Assembly: GCF_009914755.1 (NCBI RefSeq)
Contig: NC_060937.1
DNA length: 64,000 nt
Reading direction: 5' to 3' (one strand)
Source: the human T2T-CHM13v2.0 reference genome, Homo sapiens
Shown: in pieces, positions 15,440 to 29,925 of the stretch
Layout: each line of letters opens with the position of its first letter
How positions within the stretch are numbered: the stretch's first letter is position 1
Position numbers and translations under genes: made by a program
The notes under the pieces: model-generated
The model's input: only the letters and a program-made list of their open reading frames with translations
The model's database searches: none
Told to the model about the DNA's origin: nothing

Positions 15440-16073
15440 GGGATTAATAGCCTTTACCATAAGGTTAGTGGTTTCTTTGGCAATACAATTTCTTGCAAAA
15501 ATATGTAAACTATCGATCTATTTGTTATCAATCATGTTTGGACACCAGTAACTACATCCAAAGATTATTCCTAGACCTAATATTCAAGCTTGATTTCTTG
15601 GCTACTTTGAGGCCATCAAGCTTGAATGGGAGGGTAACACCTGCCTCCTTACAAGCTACAGTGGATTAAACACTCTTTAACTTTTATTTCCTAGAGTTTG
15701 TATTCTAGAAAATAATTGGCTTTTCCATTTCTACGTGACATCCAATTCTGGATTATATTTCATTTCATTTCTGCTTGCAAACCAGCCAATTCTTACCTAA
15801 ACTCATCTCATTCTTATAATATCTTAGCCAATAATAGACAACACATATTTACTCTGACTACTCCCAGCCACTTCCTGGGAAGTTCAGGCTCAGCTAGCAT
15901 ATGGTCTCCTTGAAGTGGTCATAACTAACAGTTTACCATAGGAGCTACCACTGCATAGCAGGTCTTCATAGGGTTCTAGCCTTTGATATGATTTCTTTCA
16001 GTCTTCTACCCAACAGCTATGCCATGTTTTAGGTTTTGCATTTCTGCAACAGCCCACTTCAAGATATCAATTT
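15440..16073 (-). mobile_element. MLT1 internal sequence
   Basis: Typical internal/LTR junction CAGCCCACTTCAAGATATCAATTTC abutting the LTR. Confidence 0.6.
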
Positions 16074-16468
16074 CTACATTAGTCAGGATAGGCTAAAGGC
16101 TCTAACAAACAGTCTGCAAATCCCAGTGGCCCAGAACAATATACGTTAATTTCTTGCTCCCATCATATGCCTATGTGGGTTGGTGTATATGGGATGTATG
16201 TTCCACTCTGTCATTCAGGCACCAGGATTCTTCCATCCTGTGGCTTTTCTGTCTCCTGGGGACATTCTTCAGTTGGTGGACAGAGAAAGAGAAAGATGAT
16301 TACACATAGGAGAGGCCTATATACCCAGCATGGAGGCTTGCATATTACTTTCATCAGTTGTATTAGCACGAGATGTCCGTCTAACTGCAAGGAGCCTGGA
16401 AACATCTTCCTTATGTGCTAAAGAAGATGAGAAAGTGAATATTGGCAAGCACTAGAAGTTTCTGACAC
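16074..16468 (-). mobile_element. Old MaLR LTR (MLT1K/L-like)
   Basis: ATTAGTCAGGATAGGCTA, AAATCCCAGTGGC and CTAACTGCAAGGAGCCTGGAAA motifs. Confidence 0.7.
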
Positions 16469-18464
16469 TAAGTCCAAGTAAGATAGAAATTCAGAAGGCT
16501 CCACGAGGAATACATTTTAAGAGAGTTAAGTGGATTTCAACTCAACAAATTGATGGGAATCTGAAAATTTTACTAATATAGTTCTAAAAGTATACGTACA
16601 TTTTTTTCTCAGCAAGAAAAAATAATGTAACAATGACACATAAATAAAATGACCAAGGGAAAAAGAGTATAATAATAAAACTAGGAACTCAAGAAGGAGA
16701 AAAAACTGTACAAATTGGTTCTTTCCAAGAATAAAACAAATTATAATCTGCATGATTTTGAAGAGTTGATGGGGCAAACAAAAAAGAAATAGTTCAACTT
16801 GACACATGAAACATGGCCTTCATGTAGACCAAGCTGCAAAATTGGACCAAGTTACGTTCTCCTCTTCATAAGTCCTAAATCTCACCAGTCAGTGAATAAT
16901 GCTTACATAATAATCTTATGACAAACAAAAATCATCATGTTTTAAAATATTTAGACCTGATCTTAGAAAAATACAGAAAATTCCATTGTAGTTATAGAAT
17001 AGAATCTAAAGATTTTTATATTTTGACAATGTAAAATGATATTCTATATCTGAATATGGAAAACCTCATGAACATAGGTCCGGAAGTATTCAAAAATAAT
17101 GAATATCCTAGTATTTGGACACAGGAGAAACTACTACAGTTCGGACTAGAAGAGAGAAACAGAGCCACTGGTACCTTCTCTAAACGATGTCACTCTCATT
17201 TGCTGTTACACTGCTATGAATATTATTATGTCTAGAAAAGTTCCCCAAATACATTTTCCTTCAAATCCATTTTTCTTGTTTATCAATAATTATCTGCTTT
17301 TACTTGAATTTAGCAAATCCCTGACTATTGTGAAAAGTATGCAATTTTTCCTACCAATTACAGCTTTGTGTGAAAATGGAGCTAATGACTGGGAGATAGT
17401 AATAGCATTGGATTAGAACTGCCTTTTTGAAAGCTTCACTCTGTAGGGCTCCTTCTGTAGTTCAGATAATGTATCCTAGTTATTTGGGGTCTGAGGCTTA
17501 TCAAAAGAGACAGAATTAATCATGCTGGGTTGTGCGATATGTTTTGGAGAATGGACGTGACTCCTCTAAAAAATGAAAAAGGCAAAATAATTTTCTATGA
17601 GCTTTTGAATCCTAAGGTTACCCTTCTGTTCCCCCTATCGTCCATCTTCAGATTAAAGCTTGGAACAATCACTAGATTTTAAAGTGAGGGGGGAAGAGGG
17701 GGAGACTGTCTGCACCTGGAAACCATTTTCTTGATTTGTGCTGGCTGGAGTCCTGGAGATATAACAGCAAGAATGCCTCTCTGGGATTTCTTTGAAATCT
17801 GGGCAGGATGATTTGTCTGAAGGGAGGAATTGGGGGATGAAGGGTGGGGAAAAATTCATTCCTTGTTGCCACATTGTTGTTCTGCAGTGAAGGAGCTTGG
17901 CCTGACTTGGGTTGGAGTTGAAAGAAAATCAACAAGGCAGCCTCAAGTATGCAGGAATGTGCTGCCCTGAACTTGCCAATTTTTTAAACATAACTGAGTA
18001 TTGTCTCCACTGTAGGGGGCTGCCGACATCAAGCTCATATGGTTCCATGCTGAAGATCTTTCCAATAGCTGTGCAAATTACAATGTATTTTTATCTGCTT
18101 TAGTACATTCAAAGGATGACAAATAATTATCTCTGCTTACATTACCTGGAAATGCACAGTAATAAATTTGCTTTGGAAGCTCCCTCTGTTGTGTCATCAA
18201 GCATTCACATACTTGGAAGATGCTTTTGATCCTCCTATTTGTACAAACAGTAAGCTCCAAAATGTAAAATATACTTTGTCCAAAAAGAAGGGCAAAAAAA
18301 GATGCAACAGGATGAAACCAGTATTCTTAATTTACATGATTGTTTCTCATACACTTTTACGCAATGTTCAGCATTAATGAACTTCTACCTCTATGTTGCT
18401 ATCCTCATGCAGTACAAAGCTATGCAGCTGACTTTTGAAGGCACTGACTACAGTAAGAGTAACA

Positions 18465-18720
18465 ACAGCTTACAAGTGTCTACTGTGTGCCAAGAACTTT
18501 ATACAAATTATTTCTAATCTTCATAACACTGCTCAGGACAGTGACTACTGTCTGTAATTTAATGATGAGAAAAGTGATGCCAGGACAAGCTAAAGGACTT
18601 CCTTCCCCAAGGCTATGAAGGTAGTAAATGTTTGCTCCTAGATTTGTCCTGTGGGCATTGAGACATCAGAGTTCATGCTCTTCAGAGCACGCCTGTTTAT
18701 TACACATGATTTTTACAAAC
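18465..18720 (-). mobile_element. MIR
   Basis: TACTGTGTGCCAAG, AATCTTCATAACA and GATGAGAAAAGTGA core. Confidence 0.6.
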
Positions 18721-18856
18721 CTATCTTCTTTGTTTCTCTGGGCAATATTTGTTCTTAAATATTATTGCTACTATTCTCATACAAAACAGGTAATACAGCC
18801 CGATGTTTGAATCCAGAAGACCTGGCTTTGAATTTTGTTTTTCTTGTGTGTGTGTG

Positions 18857-19154
18857 TTTTTTTTTTTTTTTTTGAGACAGGGTCTCATTATTTTACCCAA
18901 GCTGCAGTGCAATGGCATGATCACGGCTCATTGCAGCCTTGACCTCCGGGCTCAGGTGATCCTCCCACATCAGCCTCCTGAGTCGCTGGGACTGCAGGCA
19001 TTCATCACCACACCCAGCTAAATTTTTGTATTTTTTATAGAGATGGGATTTTGCCATGTTGCCCAGGCTGCTCTGGAACTCCTGGGCTCAAGGAATCTGC
19101 CTACCTCGGCCTCCCAAACTGCTGGATTACAGGCATGAGCCACTGTGCCTGGCC
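18857..19154 (-). mobile_element. AluJ inserted in a plus-strand MIR (about 18800-19300)
   Basis: Poly-T, J diagnostics (TGCAGCCTTGACCTCC, CTGGGCTCAAG); MIR core GTAACCTTGGACAAG follows. Confidence 0.93.
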
Positions 19155-19524
19155 AAGTTTGAAGTTTGACCACTTATGAATTTGTAACCTTGGACAAGAC
19201 TCTTAATTTACAGGATATCAAATTTCTCCATTTGAAAAAATGGATATAATAAACATGCCTATGCTCTAGGGCCATTGTTTGAATTACAATACGTAAAAAA
19301 TTTCAATTACTCTTCTCATGTTAATTAGTACTTCTATAAACTTAGAAAGGAAAATTATACCCAAAGAAGTGTAACAAAGTAAATATAAGTCAGGTCTTTT
19401 TTGGATTATCTCTTCCTTATGCATATACATATCTGTTCCCTATACATATGCCAATATGTATGAGTCTCTACATAATTTTATTCTATTTTCTCTCAAATAT
19501 GATTCAGTATTTGCTAATCAGCAA

Positions 19525-19999
19525 AACTTAACTTTTATCACCCGAGAGACTTTTTTTTTAATAGAAAAGACTTTTGTAGAGATGAGGGTCTCACTCTCCT
19601 ATGCCCAGGCTGGTCTTGAACTGCTGGACTCAAGAGATCCTCCCATCATGGCCTCCAAAAATGCTGGAATTACAACCAGTCACCTTGTTATGGAGAGACT
19701 TTTATCTCCATAACAAGGCAACCTTTGCTCACTGTACATTTTCTCACCCAAACCTCCCATAATTTGCCTCCACTCCCCTAGAAGCCCAAAACCTCTGTTC
19801 ATTTCAGTAGCTTGGGATGATGTATAAGCCTCTGTCTTCTGTCTGTTTCTTTGGGTCTCATATTTCTGTGGAACCCTCATGTATAGACACCTAATTAAAA
19901 TTTTTTTCTTCCTGTCAGTATGTCTTATGTCAATTTAATCTGTAGACTAGCCAAAGAACCTAGAAGGGTGAAAGGAAGCTAATTTTCCTCCCTTATACA
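19525..19999 (+). mobile_element. ERV1 LTR 3' part (MER34-like)
   Basis: TATAAG box; ends GCCAAAGAACCTAGAAGGG...TTTTCCTCCCTTATACA. Confidence 0.7.
19551..19690 (-). mobile_element. FLAM/Alu monomer inside the LTR
   Basis: Single left monomer, TSD GAGAGACTTTT on both sides. Confidence 0.8.
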
Positions 20000-20400
20000 T
20001 TTATTCATTCAAATATTTATTGAGCAGCCACTATGTACTAAACGTAATGCTAGCCACACAGAAGACGGAGCTTTTGTCCTCAAGAAGAACATCTTCTGGT
20101 AGGAAAAAAAAAAAAGGAAACCAGCTGTTTCTATCACAGGGTCACATATACTATGATGGGGTCTGAACAATGTACTGCCTTAGTGCTAAACAGACTGGCT
20201 GACTCTGAAAAGCTGATACTCAAAATGAGATTTTATGGATGAGTGGAAGTAAATCAGGCAGAGGAAGGTGAAGGAGAGGCAGAGGGCATCACGAAAAGAG
20301 ACAGTAGTGTGTGCAAAGGCGCGTACCATTAAAATGCAGTACACTCTCCATAAACTGCAAGTTGTTCAGGCTGGCGTGAGTGCAGGGAGCACTGGCAAGT
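20000..20400 (-). mobile_element. L2 3' remnant
   Basis: TTCATTCAAATATTTATTGAGC tail. Confidence 0.65.
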
Positions 20401-21409
20401 GACGGGAAGTCCAAAGAGGTAAGCCCAAGAGCCAAGGGACCCAAATTGTCACATGTGAATTCAGATGTTGGTAAAAGCCCACAGATGATACTATTATTTT
20501 CAAGAGAGTATAGGAGAGAAAGGGTACATTTGGAGATTCCTGAGTATTCTAATTAAGGAGTCACTGTAATTTGGAGAGCATCAGATGGAGAATAGCTAAA
20601 TGTCAGAAACCTTACATAATAAGGCCTGCAGGGCTTAGTAAAATGGAAATAAATAAACAGTAGAAAATATTGGACATAGTGGGTTACCTACATGTTGATT
20701 TAAAGTGTGAGAGCAAATTTTTCTTACTGAATGGACAATATTGTAGATTAGGCTAGCTAGCAGGAAGGAGTTTTGCTAAAAGCTTATGCAATTTTTATGA
20801 GATAAGCTCTTCTAAGTTGACTGATGTTGCCTTGGCTTGCCTAAATTATGAAATAAATACTGCAGAAGATGAGCAAAGGAGAAGAGTGACAAGAAATTGT
20901 CTTTTTCAAGATATTTATACTCTGTTGCACCGATCTAGTTGAAACACGTGATTCCTCAAAGCTTGAGTATATAGAACACCTTCCTAAAAGTATGGGAAGA
21001 CTTGCTTTACCCAGAATAAATGTTCATTGTAAAAAACCTGTCCTATAGGAGTATTGTAATTAAAAGAAATCATTCTTCTGAAACTTTTTAGAATTCAGAT
21101 GTGTCTTTAAGTCTGTTGGGCTTCTGCCCACTAGGAGACATTAGTGTGGGGAATGGGTAACATTTTGGAAAGAATGAATCTGAAGGAGACACTCTAGGCC
21201 TGTTCAATATTAACATTACAGTCTAAAAGCAAAGTAGAGGGATAGGTCTCATTTAGATGGTCTTTCAATCCAGACCCTATGGACTTCTGATGAAATCTGA
21301 AATTACAGTGAGGATGCCATTACTAAAAGTAAAAATGAGAAGAACTGTTTCCATAAACATCATCTTAAGGCTTTAGGAACACAGGTGGCACTGATTTGGC
21401 ACTTAAAAG

Positions 21410-21630
21410 CCAAGTAAGCTGACATTTAGAATGCCCACCATATGCCATGCACTGTTCCAAGCATATTTTAAATTATTAAAGTCTATGAGATGTGTTTTTA
21501 TTCATATTTTAAGTAAATTGCAATATAGAGAGGTTAAGAAACTTGTCCAAGGTCAGATGGCAAGTTAGTAGGAAAACTGAGATTTGAACTTAGTTACTCT
21601 GCCTCCAAAGTTCATGCTGTTAAACCATAA
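21410..21630 (-). mobile_element. MIR
   Basis: AGAGAGGTTAAGAAACTTGTCCAAGGTCA...GATTTGAAC core. Confidence 0.75.
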
Positions 21631-22297
21631 TGCAACTTGAAAGTGATGGGGAGAGGGGCTCTTCTTGGATGCGACACCCTTCCAGGGTCCCAGGGCATTG
21701 TCATAATTAACAGCATTTGCAGTTTTGTACCACATGCAGGCTTTGGCCCAAGGAAAGGCTTGGTACTGAAGGGCCTGAGAGCACGTGACCTGACAGCCGT
21801 CGACCTGGGCAAGGAACAGTGACACTGGAGTGGGAGGTTGGGGGAAACTGGGGGAGTCAGAGGAGTTGTCACACACAAAAACAATGGGAGCTGGAAAAGG
21901 AGGGAAGGAAAATCAGACATATCATGTAGTAGTTGAGAATAGCATTCATGAGCCCATGTGAGGCTTCTTCCTTCACCCCAAGACAGTCCCTGAGATATGG
22001 GGGAGATTGAACGGGAGGGGGCAGTCTCCCAATGGAGGAGAGACAAAAGCCAGAAGAGCGCTGTTCATGAAAGTGATGTGACCGGTTTTTTTTTTTTTGG
22101 TGTGACCTGAGAAACATCGGATGCCTTTGTAATTATTAACTGCAACTTTTAATAGTATCCAGAAAGTCCCAAATGCTTTCATGTAGCTAATTTCAATTGT
22201 AAAACAATGGTAAGCAATGGAGTGAAGCTGTGAGACAATTCAACATAGCCTTGCCAGTAGAACCAGCAAAGGATTTGGTTTTAAAAGACTGTAACTT

Positions 22298-22592
22298 GGC
22301 TGGGTGCGGTGGCTCATGCCTGTAATCCCAGCACTTTGGGAGGCCGAGGTGGGTGGATCATGAGGTCAGGAGTTCAAGATCAGCCTGACCAACATGGGGA
22401 AACTCCATCTCTACTAAAAATACAAAAATTTGCCAGGCGTGGTGGCATACGCCTGTAATCCCAGCTACTCAGGAGGCTGAGGCAGGAGAATCACTTGAAT
22501 CTGGGAGGCAGAGGTTGCAGTGAGCCGAGATTGTGCCACTCCAGCCTGGGCAACAGTGCAAGACTGCATCTCAAAAAAAAAAAAAAAAAAAA
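22298..22592 (+). mobile_element. AluS (Sg-like)
   Basis: Full dimer, poly-A, partial TSD AAAGACT. Confidence 0.95.
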
Positions 22593-22819
22593 GACTCCAG
22601 TTTACTCAGCAGCTCTCACAAGTCCCAAACTTCTTTATATCTCCATTTCTTTATTGATAAACGAGAAGGCAGCAGATATTCTCTAAATTGTAGGGATTAA
22701 TGTTAAGACAAGAGCCACAAGAAGAGCGGAACAATAACATCCCGGATAGCTTAGCCCTATATATGAACATTTATTTTTAACCATGGATGTTGCATATCTT
22801 CCTTTAACATTATTTGGCA

Positions 22820-23124
22820 GGCCAGGTGCAATGGCTCATGCCTGTAATTCCAACACTTTGGGAGGCTGAGGTGACAGGATTGCTTCAGGCCAGAAGTTTG
22901 AGACCAGCCTGTGGGCACCACAGTGAGACCTCATCTCTACAAATAATAAAAATAATTAGCCAGGCCTGGTGGTGCATGCCTGTGGTCCCAGCTGCTCAGG
23001 AGGCTGAGGTGGGAGGATCACTTTAGCTCAGGAGCTCAGGAAGTTGAGGCTGCAGCAAGCCATGATTGCATCACTGCACTCCAGCCTGGATGACAGAGTG
23101 AGATACTGTCTCAAAAAAAAAAAA
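22820..23124 (+). mobile_element. AluJ
   Basis: Full dimer, TSD CATTATTT(G/T)GCA. Confidence 0.93.
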
Positions 23125-24930
23125 GGCATTATTTTGCAATTCTAGTGTGACTAAGAAGGCCATATGCCAAACTAACATTTCCATCATAACTGGCAATTTA
23201 AATGTTGTATATAAATGAGGTAGATGATCCCATTTCAACTAAATGGGATGTATTGGTGCATGATGCTATAGAACTAGCCTAATAAAGCAAACCAAGCCTG
23301 GCGAATAGTCCCAGAAATAATAGAATTTTAAAACAAAAACCTAATTTTTAAAAATGAAAATAATTTGAAACACATCCTAAGTGATATTTTTCATGAAACA
23401 CTAAATATTATAGAAAATGCAAAGATGACATACGGTATCTGTGAAATCATAAATTTACAAAGCCATTTTCCTAAGAGAAAACAAATCAATAACTGGAAAA
23501 AGCTTTAAGAATTCTCTTCATTCAGGCTTCTAAGTCAGTTATTCTATAAAGTCCTACTTAACCATGTTTCTGGTGTCAGAGACTTTATGTCTTGTACCAG
23601 TCAGGTTGAGGAAACGTTCTAACACCATACTCTTAGTTGCATTTTTCTCCAGTTTCAGGGACTTTCTAGCTTGGTTATCACTGACTTCCTTAATGCAATG
23701 ATAATACTGTTGCAATTGTAACCAAACCTCTCTTTTAAAATAATAATTATCATTTTTATCATGAAGCTTTCATCTATTTTGCATTCTAACTTGCAATGCA
23801 GAGATGTAAAATACATCTCTATGAGTCAATGGTAGCATCATAAATCCTCTAGTATGGGATATTAATGAAAGGGACTGCCAATGTACCCATTGCACTAGCT
23901 TAGCAAAGGGTATATAAAATAGTAATAAATCAGTGGATCTTAACAGCTGATTTGCAGTACTTAAAGCATAAAATGTGGTATGTATCAGATATATAGTTAC
24001 AGATTCTACTAATTCACCAGTAAGCTGATAGGCAACAACAAATAATCAGTATATTGACATAAGACTGTTCCCACTCACCTTTATCTATCCCTGGCCCCTC
24101 TATGTGCAGAGACAGTCACTGAAACCATAAAGCCACATCTGTTGGCTGAGTGATGTCCCTCACCATATGGGTGTTGGAAAGTATACTGTAAGTGAACTTA
24201 ACAGGTTCCTGGTAGAGGCGGCTGCGAAGTATTCAAAATAATAGTTGCTCTGGCCATTTCCCCAAAACACTCACTTGTCATTCTAAGAACAGATGCTCCA
24301 CTCAGGTAACCAGTTCAATGATCAGTTAGACAATCACGAGTCCGGTGGATCAATAGATACATGTTTAGAGCTATGTTGATTCCCTCTGGACCCCTTATTG
24401 AATATTTATTTCATATTCAGCCCTCATCTCATGCAAATCACAGCCAAACAGTCTTTCATGGTCTGGCATTTCACAGGAAAGAGAGTATCTTTGGAAACCT
24501 AAAGAATAAGACTCAGTGGGGAATTTTAGCCTCTGGCTGGTTTATAAAATAAACACTTCAACAAAACTATTTGCATAATAAAACTATCATCCGTAAGAGA
24601 TTTAGGAAATTGTATCAAATGAAGCTAAACTACAGTTTAAGAATGTATTTTACGAGGTAGATAAGGGAATCTTCTTAATCCACAGAGTTTAATGTTTCAT
24701 TTTATTTTTCAGGGTGGGATCCCTTCACTCAATTCTAGAATGGAGACAACAGCTGTTTGCTCTTGTCTTGTGTGCCAAGTCTTCATGAGTTGTCTGAGGC
24801 AGCTTTAAACATTCCGGGTGCTTATTTATTTTTTAGCCTTGTAGTTCACATATTTGGTTAATAAGTTGGTAGCCGATTGGAGTCTGGGGCATACCCATTA
24901 GTACAAAGCAAAGGAAGCATCCAGGAATCA

Positions 24931-25302
<372 letters not shown>

Positions 25303-26264
25303 TCATGATTTCACATACTCAACTATGCCCTGACAGGAAAAGGCAGCTTTGCACTCATAAACTCTATTATGCATTTGCTTGCACTTTTGCTAGACTCCAG
25401 AACTTTCGCGATATTATTCAGTTTGGTCTTTATTGGAAGCTGCCAAATAAAATGTGTGTGTAGGGAGGGGCTGGAATTAAAGAAAGACAGTCAGAAATTT
25501 GCATTCTGAGTTTTCTGAAAATCATAATGTAACATCCTCTGTGCTCCCTGGGTTCTATTCTGTTTGTTAACTTGGTCCCTTGATAAACAGGAAATTTCTT
25601 GTCATGCTGGAAAACCTAGATTAAAATCAAAGAATAATAGAGAGCTTTAAATCTTAATAAATGACACAATGAATGCTCTAATGTTCAATAAACATTTTCA
25701 TTAATTGCTTCTATTCCTATTTTCTAAGCAGCTCTGCTATTTCCAGATTCCTGAGTGGTTTTGGATCATGTTCCTCCAACGTCTGAGCTGTCACCATCAA
25801 ACATTTATTGAGTACTATTGTGTACAAGGCACCAAATTATTTGAGTTCTGAAACCAATCAAGGACTATTTTATAGAAGTGAATAACCATGCCTAATTTGT
25901 ACATAGATCTCCTCTCCTTTCTCCCAACCTAAGTCACTTACTTTTGGCTGCTGAAATATCTTAGGGAGTCTTTAATCCTTGCTTTCTGGGCAAGGGAATG
26001 ATTAGGAAAATTGGCTCTTAAAAAATTCACTGATGCCACATTACTAACTGCATTTGATACCATAGCCAGCAATTTCTAGTGGGACACTAGTGGGAGAAAT
26101 TTTGGGCCAGTGTCAAATATGAAGAACTGAGGATGGAAATGTAACTTTTACTGATCTTGTCAATAGCCTCAAGACCGTAATGCATTCAAAGATAATCCTC
26201 TCATTACTCTGAGCTCTCAATACACATACAGTAGGTGGGCTTTAGGTCTGGAACTATTATCAGG

Positions 26265-26615
26265 ATTGTACAGTTAGGACAGGCTTTGTTATGCTGTCAT
26301 AAAAAAGTAAGCCAAAAATCTCAGTTGACTTTGCACAATAAAAGTTTGTTTCTTGCCCAGGAGATTTCTAATGCAAGTCAGATAACATTCCAAGAGAGTT
26401 ATCCTCCATGCAGTGACTCAGTAATCCAGATTGTTTTGATCTATGAAACTGCCATAGCAACATGTAAGTTCCAGATCACCACAATAAGGGAAGAAAAGTG
26501 GAAAATCACTTACCAGGTCTTAAATGCTTTGGCCCAGAAGTGACAATGGTCTTACAGCTCATTGGCCAGAACTAGTAACATGGCCCAACTGCAAAGGCTC
26601 TGTGAAATGTACAAT
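26265..26615 (-). mobile_element. Old MaLR LTR (MLT1)
   Basis: AAAATCTCAGTTGACTT, CTCATTGGCCAGAACTAGT and CCAACTGCAAAGG motifs. Confidence 0.65.
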
Positions 26616-26990
26616 AATGCTAACAGGTAGGCATTAATCTCACTTTAGAGATGATGAAAATTGAAGTATAGAAAGATAAGTAACTTTTCCAAAGTCACAA
26701 AGAGGTTGGCTCAGGGGTTAACCCCAGGTAACATGGCTCTACAATACACACTCCTAACCATGACAGTGGGCCATTTGGGTAGTGCTAGTATTAATCCTTT
26801 GTGGCACTTTAATTATTGAATTTTTCTTAGTTTTTCCATTTGTAAATTATAAATAAGAATATCAATCTAGTGTAACTTATTGATTACAAATAAAGATACA
26901 TATTGTGCAGATAGAACTGTTACCACTTGAAGCACCACTAGATGCCAAGGATATTATATTTTTTATCTATGATTATCCTCATAACACCCC

Positions 26991-27060
26991 AATGATGATG
27001 AGGATGATGATGAAGAGGAAGAAGATGATGATATGGCAATGAGGATGATGAGGAGAATGA
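26991..27060 (+). repeat. Degenerate (GAT/GAG/GAA)n repeat
   Basis: Visible directly; abuts a minus-strand MIR (about 27065-27270). Confidence 0.85.
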
Positions 27061-28839
27061 CATTTGATGGTTATTGAAGACTTAATAGCATGCTCTGAAA
27101 TAAGCACTTAACATTAATTATCCCATTTAATCCTCATTACAATTCTGTGCTCAAGGTTATATTCCACATTTACAGAGGAAGAAAATGATGTTCAGAAGGC
27201 TTTAAGTTATTTTCCCAAGGTCCATAGAGCTGGGGCTCAAAACCTGAATTCATTTTATTACACTGCTTTGTCCCTCATCAAATGAGTTATTAAATGTAGA
27301 AGTATTAAAAAATAAAGCACTATGACAAATCAGATTATTATTACTTACTAAACTATTAAAAAATCTATGATAGCAGTCCTGTTTTCTCTTTATGTCTCTA
27401 ACATTTTTCTCTCTTATTGCAAAGTGCTTTGCCTTAACCTCTAGTCTATTTGATAAATAAATGACAGTAGAAGTTTCTCGAAGATCATGACTGGATTTTG
27501 GCTTAGTCTATAGTTCCCACAGCATGCGACAGTCAGAATTAAATTTCAGTTCTGAATAGAAATAGAAAGTTTTGGTAACAGTATCATGCCATTATATGCA
27601 GTTCCAGGCGTAAGGCTTTGTTTCTCTCTAGTGCTAGTCTGTTTTCAAGACAGGATGGTTGTTTTTCTCATCCTTGGGCAAACAACATCATTCCATAAAA
27701 TATCTAATTAGTATGAATATCTTTAGTATTGCTTCCTGGGAAGTCTGGTATTTTACAAAGCCACGTATTGCTTCCTGTTAAATATATGCTCTTCATATTC
27801 TTAAAGAATATTTTTTCTATTGTCATTTTCTGTTTGCCTGTATCTAGAAAAATATTAGTATTTATTAGTAGACGATGATCTTGCCTGCCACTAGCTATAA
27901 CTGGTTTTACAGTTCAGATTACCAGAGGATGGCAGAGTAACAAAATATATTACAAGGACCATGTTGTGGTCAATGATGATGTCTGCAAAGAATGACTTTC
28001 ATTTTATTTGAAATAGTCTATGGTCTAGATAAATTTCTTTACTGTGAATCATCTGACTTTAACTTCTGAGATGAAATTGTTCTTATTAAAACAAATTTCA
28101 CAACCTAGGACTCATTCGATTCTTCAAGGTCAGGGACGACTGTGTCTCATCCTTGTGCCAGTCTCTGCCCTATCATAGCAGCTCAGGAGCCTGAAAAATG
28201 CCTGATAAATATCTGTTGAATCCTCCAAGTTCTTAGAGGAAACACATTCTAAGCAGTTCAATACACTAATGGCAACATTCCTCTATCTCCAAGATAACCT
28301 GCTCTTTAGGGTTCTCTCACTTCTGTTTTTCCTACCACTATCATGCCAGGCCCGAAGGACCCACCCTCATCTAAGTGTGAACTCAAACATTGTAACCATT
28401 TGGTTCAACTTTCTTTAATTTTACAGTATTTGCTATGAGTCGTTTTCCCTCTGCTCCTGGATCTATGCAAGAAACAATCCTTCCCTTTCCTCCAACTGTT
28501 AGGAATCATGTTTTTGCTTCTTCCTCTGCAGAGTGAGTAACTCCTCTGCTTTGTTCTTCCCCTTCCTCCAGTGTCAGGTTTGCCTTTTCTTTGGGAATAC
28601 AAAATATTGCTTTGCAAACGTGTATCTGAATCTCCCACCTTAAATTTAGGCAAGTGTCTTCTTCAAGTCTTTGTTTCTGCTTTATCATGAAAATTATAAA
28701 CTGTGCAGAAAACAAGACTTCTGTAGAAAAAGTTCAAAGGAAGTTACAAGAGAATGAGGAAAGGAAGATATGAAAAATATTATTCTTGAAAATTGAAGGT
28801 TCTGAAATGACCATAACTCCATACAATTAAAAATTAAGA

Positions 28840-29147
28840 GGTTGGGCGCAGTGGCTCATGCCTGTAACCCCAACATGTTGGGAGGTTGAGGCAGGAGGAT
28901 TGCTTGAGCCCAGGAGTTCAAGCCTAGCCTGGGTGACATAGCAAGACCCCATCTCCACACACAAAAAATAACAATAATTAGCCATTGTGGTGGCCTGCAT
29001 TGTGATCCCAGCTACTGAGGAGGCTGAGGTGGGAAGATTGCTTGAGCCAGGAGGTAGAGGCTGCCGTGAGTCGTGTTCGCACAACTGCACTGCACTCCAG
29101 TCTGGAAAACAGAGCAAGACACTGCCTCAAGAAAATAAAATAAAAAA
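28840..29147 (+). mobile_element. AluJ
   Basis: Full diverged dimer with A-rich tail. Confidence 0.93.
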
Positions 29148-29711
29148 GAGGAGTGTGCTTTTATTCAAACATTTCTCTAATTTTATTCTAGCTATAAACC
29201 AGTCAAGGTTAATCAGTTGCCTTGTTTTAATTTTATCTTTCCTCAGTGTCTGCCAGGAGAGATTTTGCATCCTTTGGGATCCTCTATCATGTGCCTCATA
29301 TTTTTGGCATTTATTTAAGGAAATGCAAAATGCTATTGCATCACAGTGTGACAAAAATAGAGTTGCATCTTCACTATCTTCTATAAATTCAGCTAAACAT
29401 TATGAGAGAATATTTTTCCTTATGCTTATTGCAGGTCGAACTTTACTTGGCAACACACAAAATTAGAGAATTCATGAATCCAAGGATGTATTTTATTTCT
29501 GGAATAAAAATAATTCAACATTTTTATCCTTCTCTTTTTAATCAAATTACAATTTGTCTAAGTTTATTTTTCTCCCTTCTTCACACCTTTTCTTACGTTT
29601 CCTTTATGGTAACATTCCATGCCTGGGGTTGTACTTGTGGCAAGGAATGGCTCTTCTTTACAATTCCTTCTGAAATTCTTCTTAGAGATGCTGAGCACAC
29701 ATCCACTTTAA

Positions 29712-29925
29712 TCATTCATTGAAACATTCACTTAAAAAATATATGTTGACCACCTACCACTTGCTGGGCTCTGCCATAGGCACTGTGAACAAAACAGTGC
29801 TTGCCTTCTTGAAACTTAGTTAAGGGAGACGGACAATAATCACAAAGGCAAATGTATAGTATGAAGAATATGAAGGGCACCATGGAGGGAAGTAATGTGG
29901 GGAAAGTGGATCAGGAATGCCAGGA
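29712..29925 (-). mobile_element. L2 3' remnant
   Basis: CATTCATT tail, CACCTACCACTTGCTGGGC, GTGAACAAAACAG. Confidence 0.6.

Noticed and set aside
21565-22182. Overlapping 82-144 aa ORFs
   Set aside because: No recognisable domain; explained by locally higher GC content
23227-23249. 9-bp hairpin ATCCCATTT/AAATGGGAT
   Set aside because: One stem of this size is plausible by chance in 64 kb, and there is no supporting context
26991-27060. Acidic D/E-coding exon or retrocopy
   Set aside because: It is a simple repeat beside a MIR, with no flanking ORF or splice context
28290-28720. Possible old LTR
   Set aside because: It has an LTR-like texture, but I could not define termini, TSD or family
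28987-29722. 159-aa and 106-aa ORFs
   Set aside because: The first begins in an Alu; both continue in AT-rich sequence with no protein-like features
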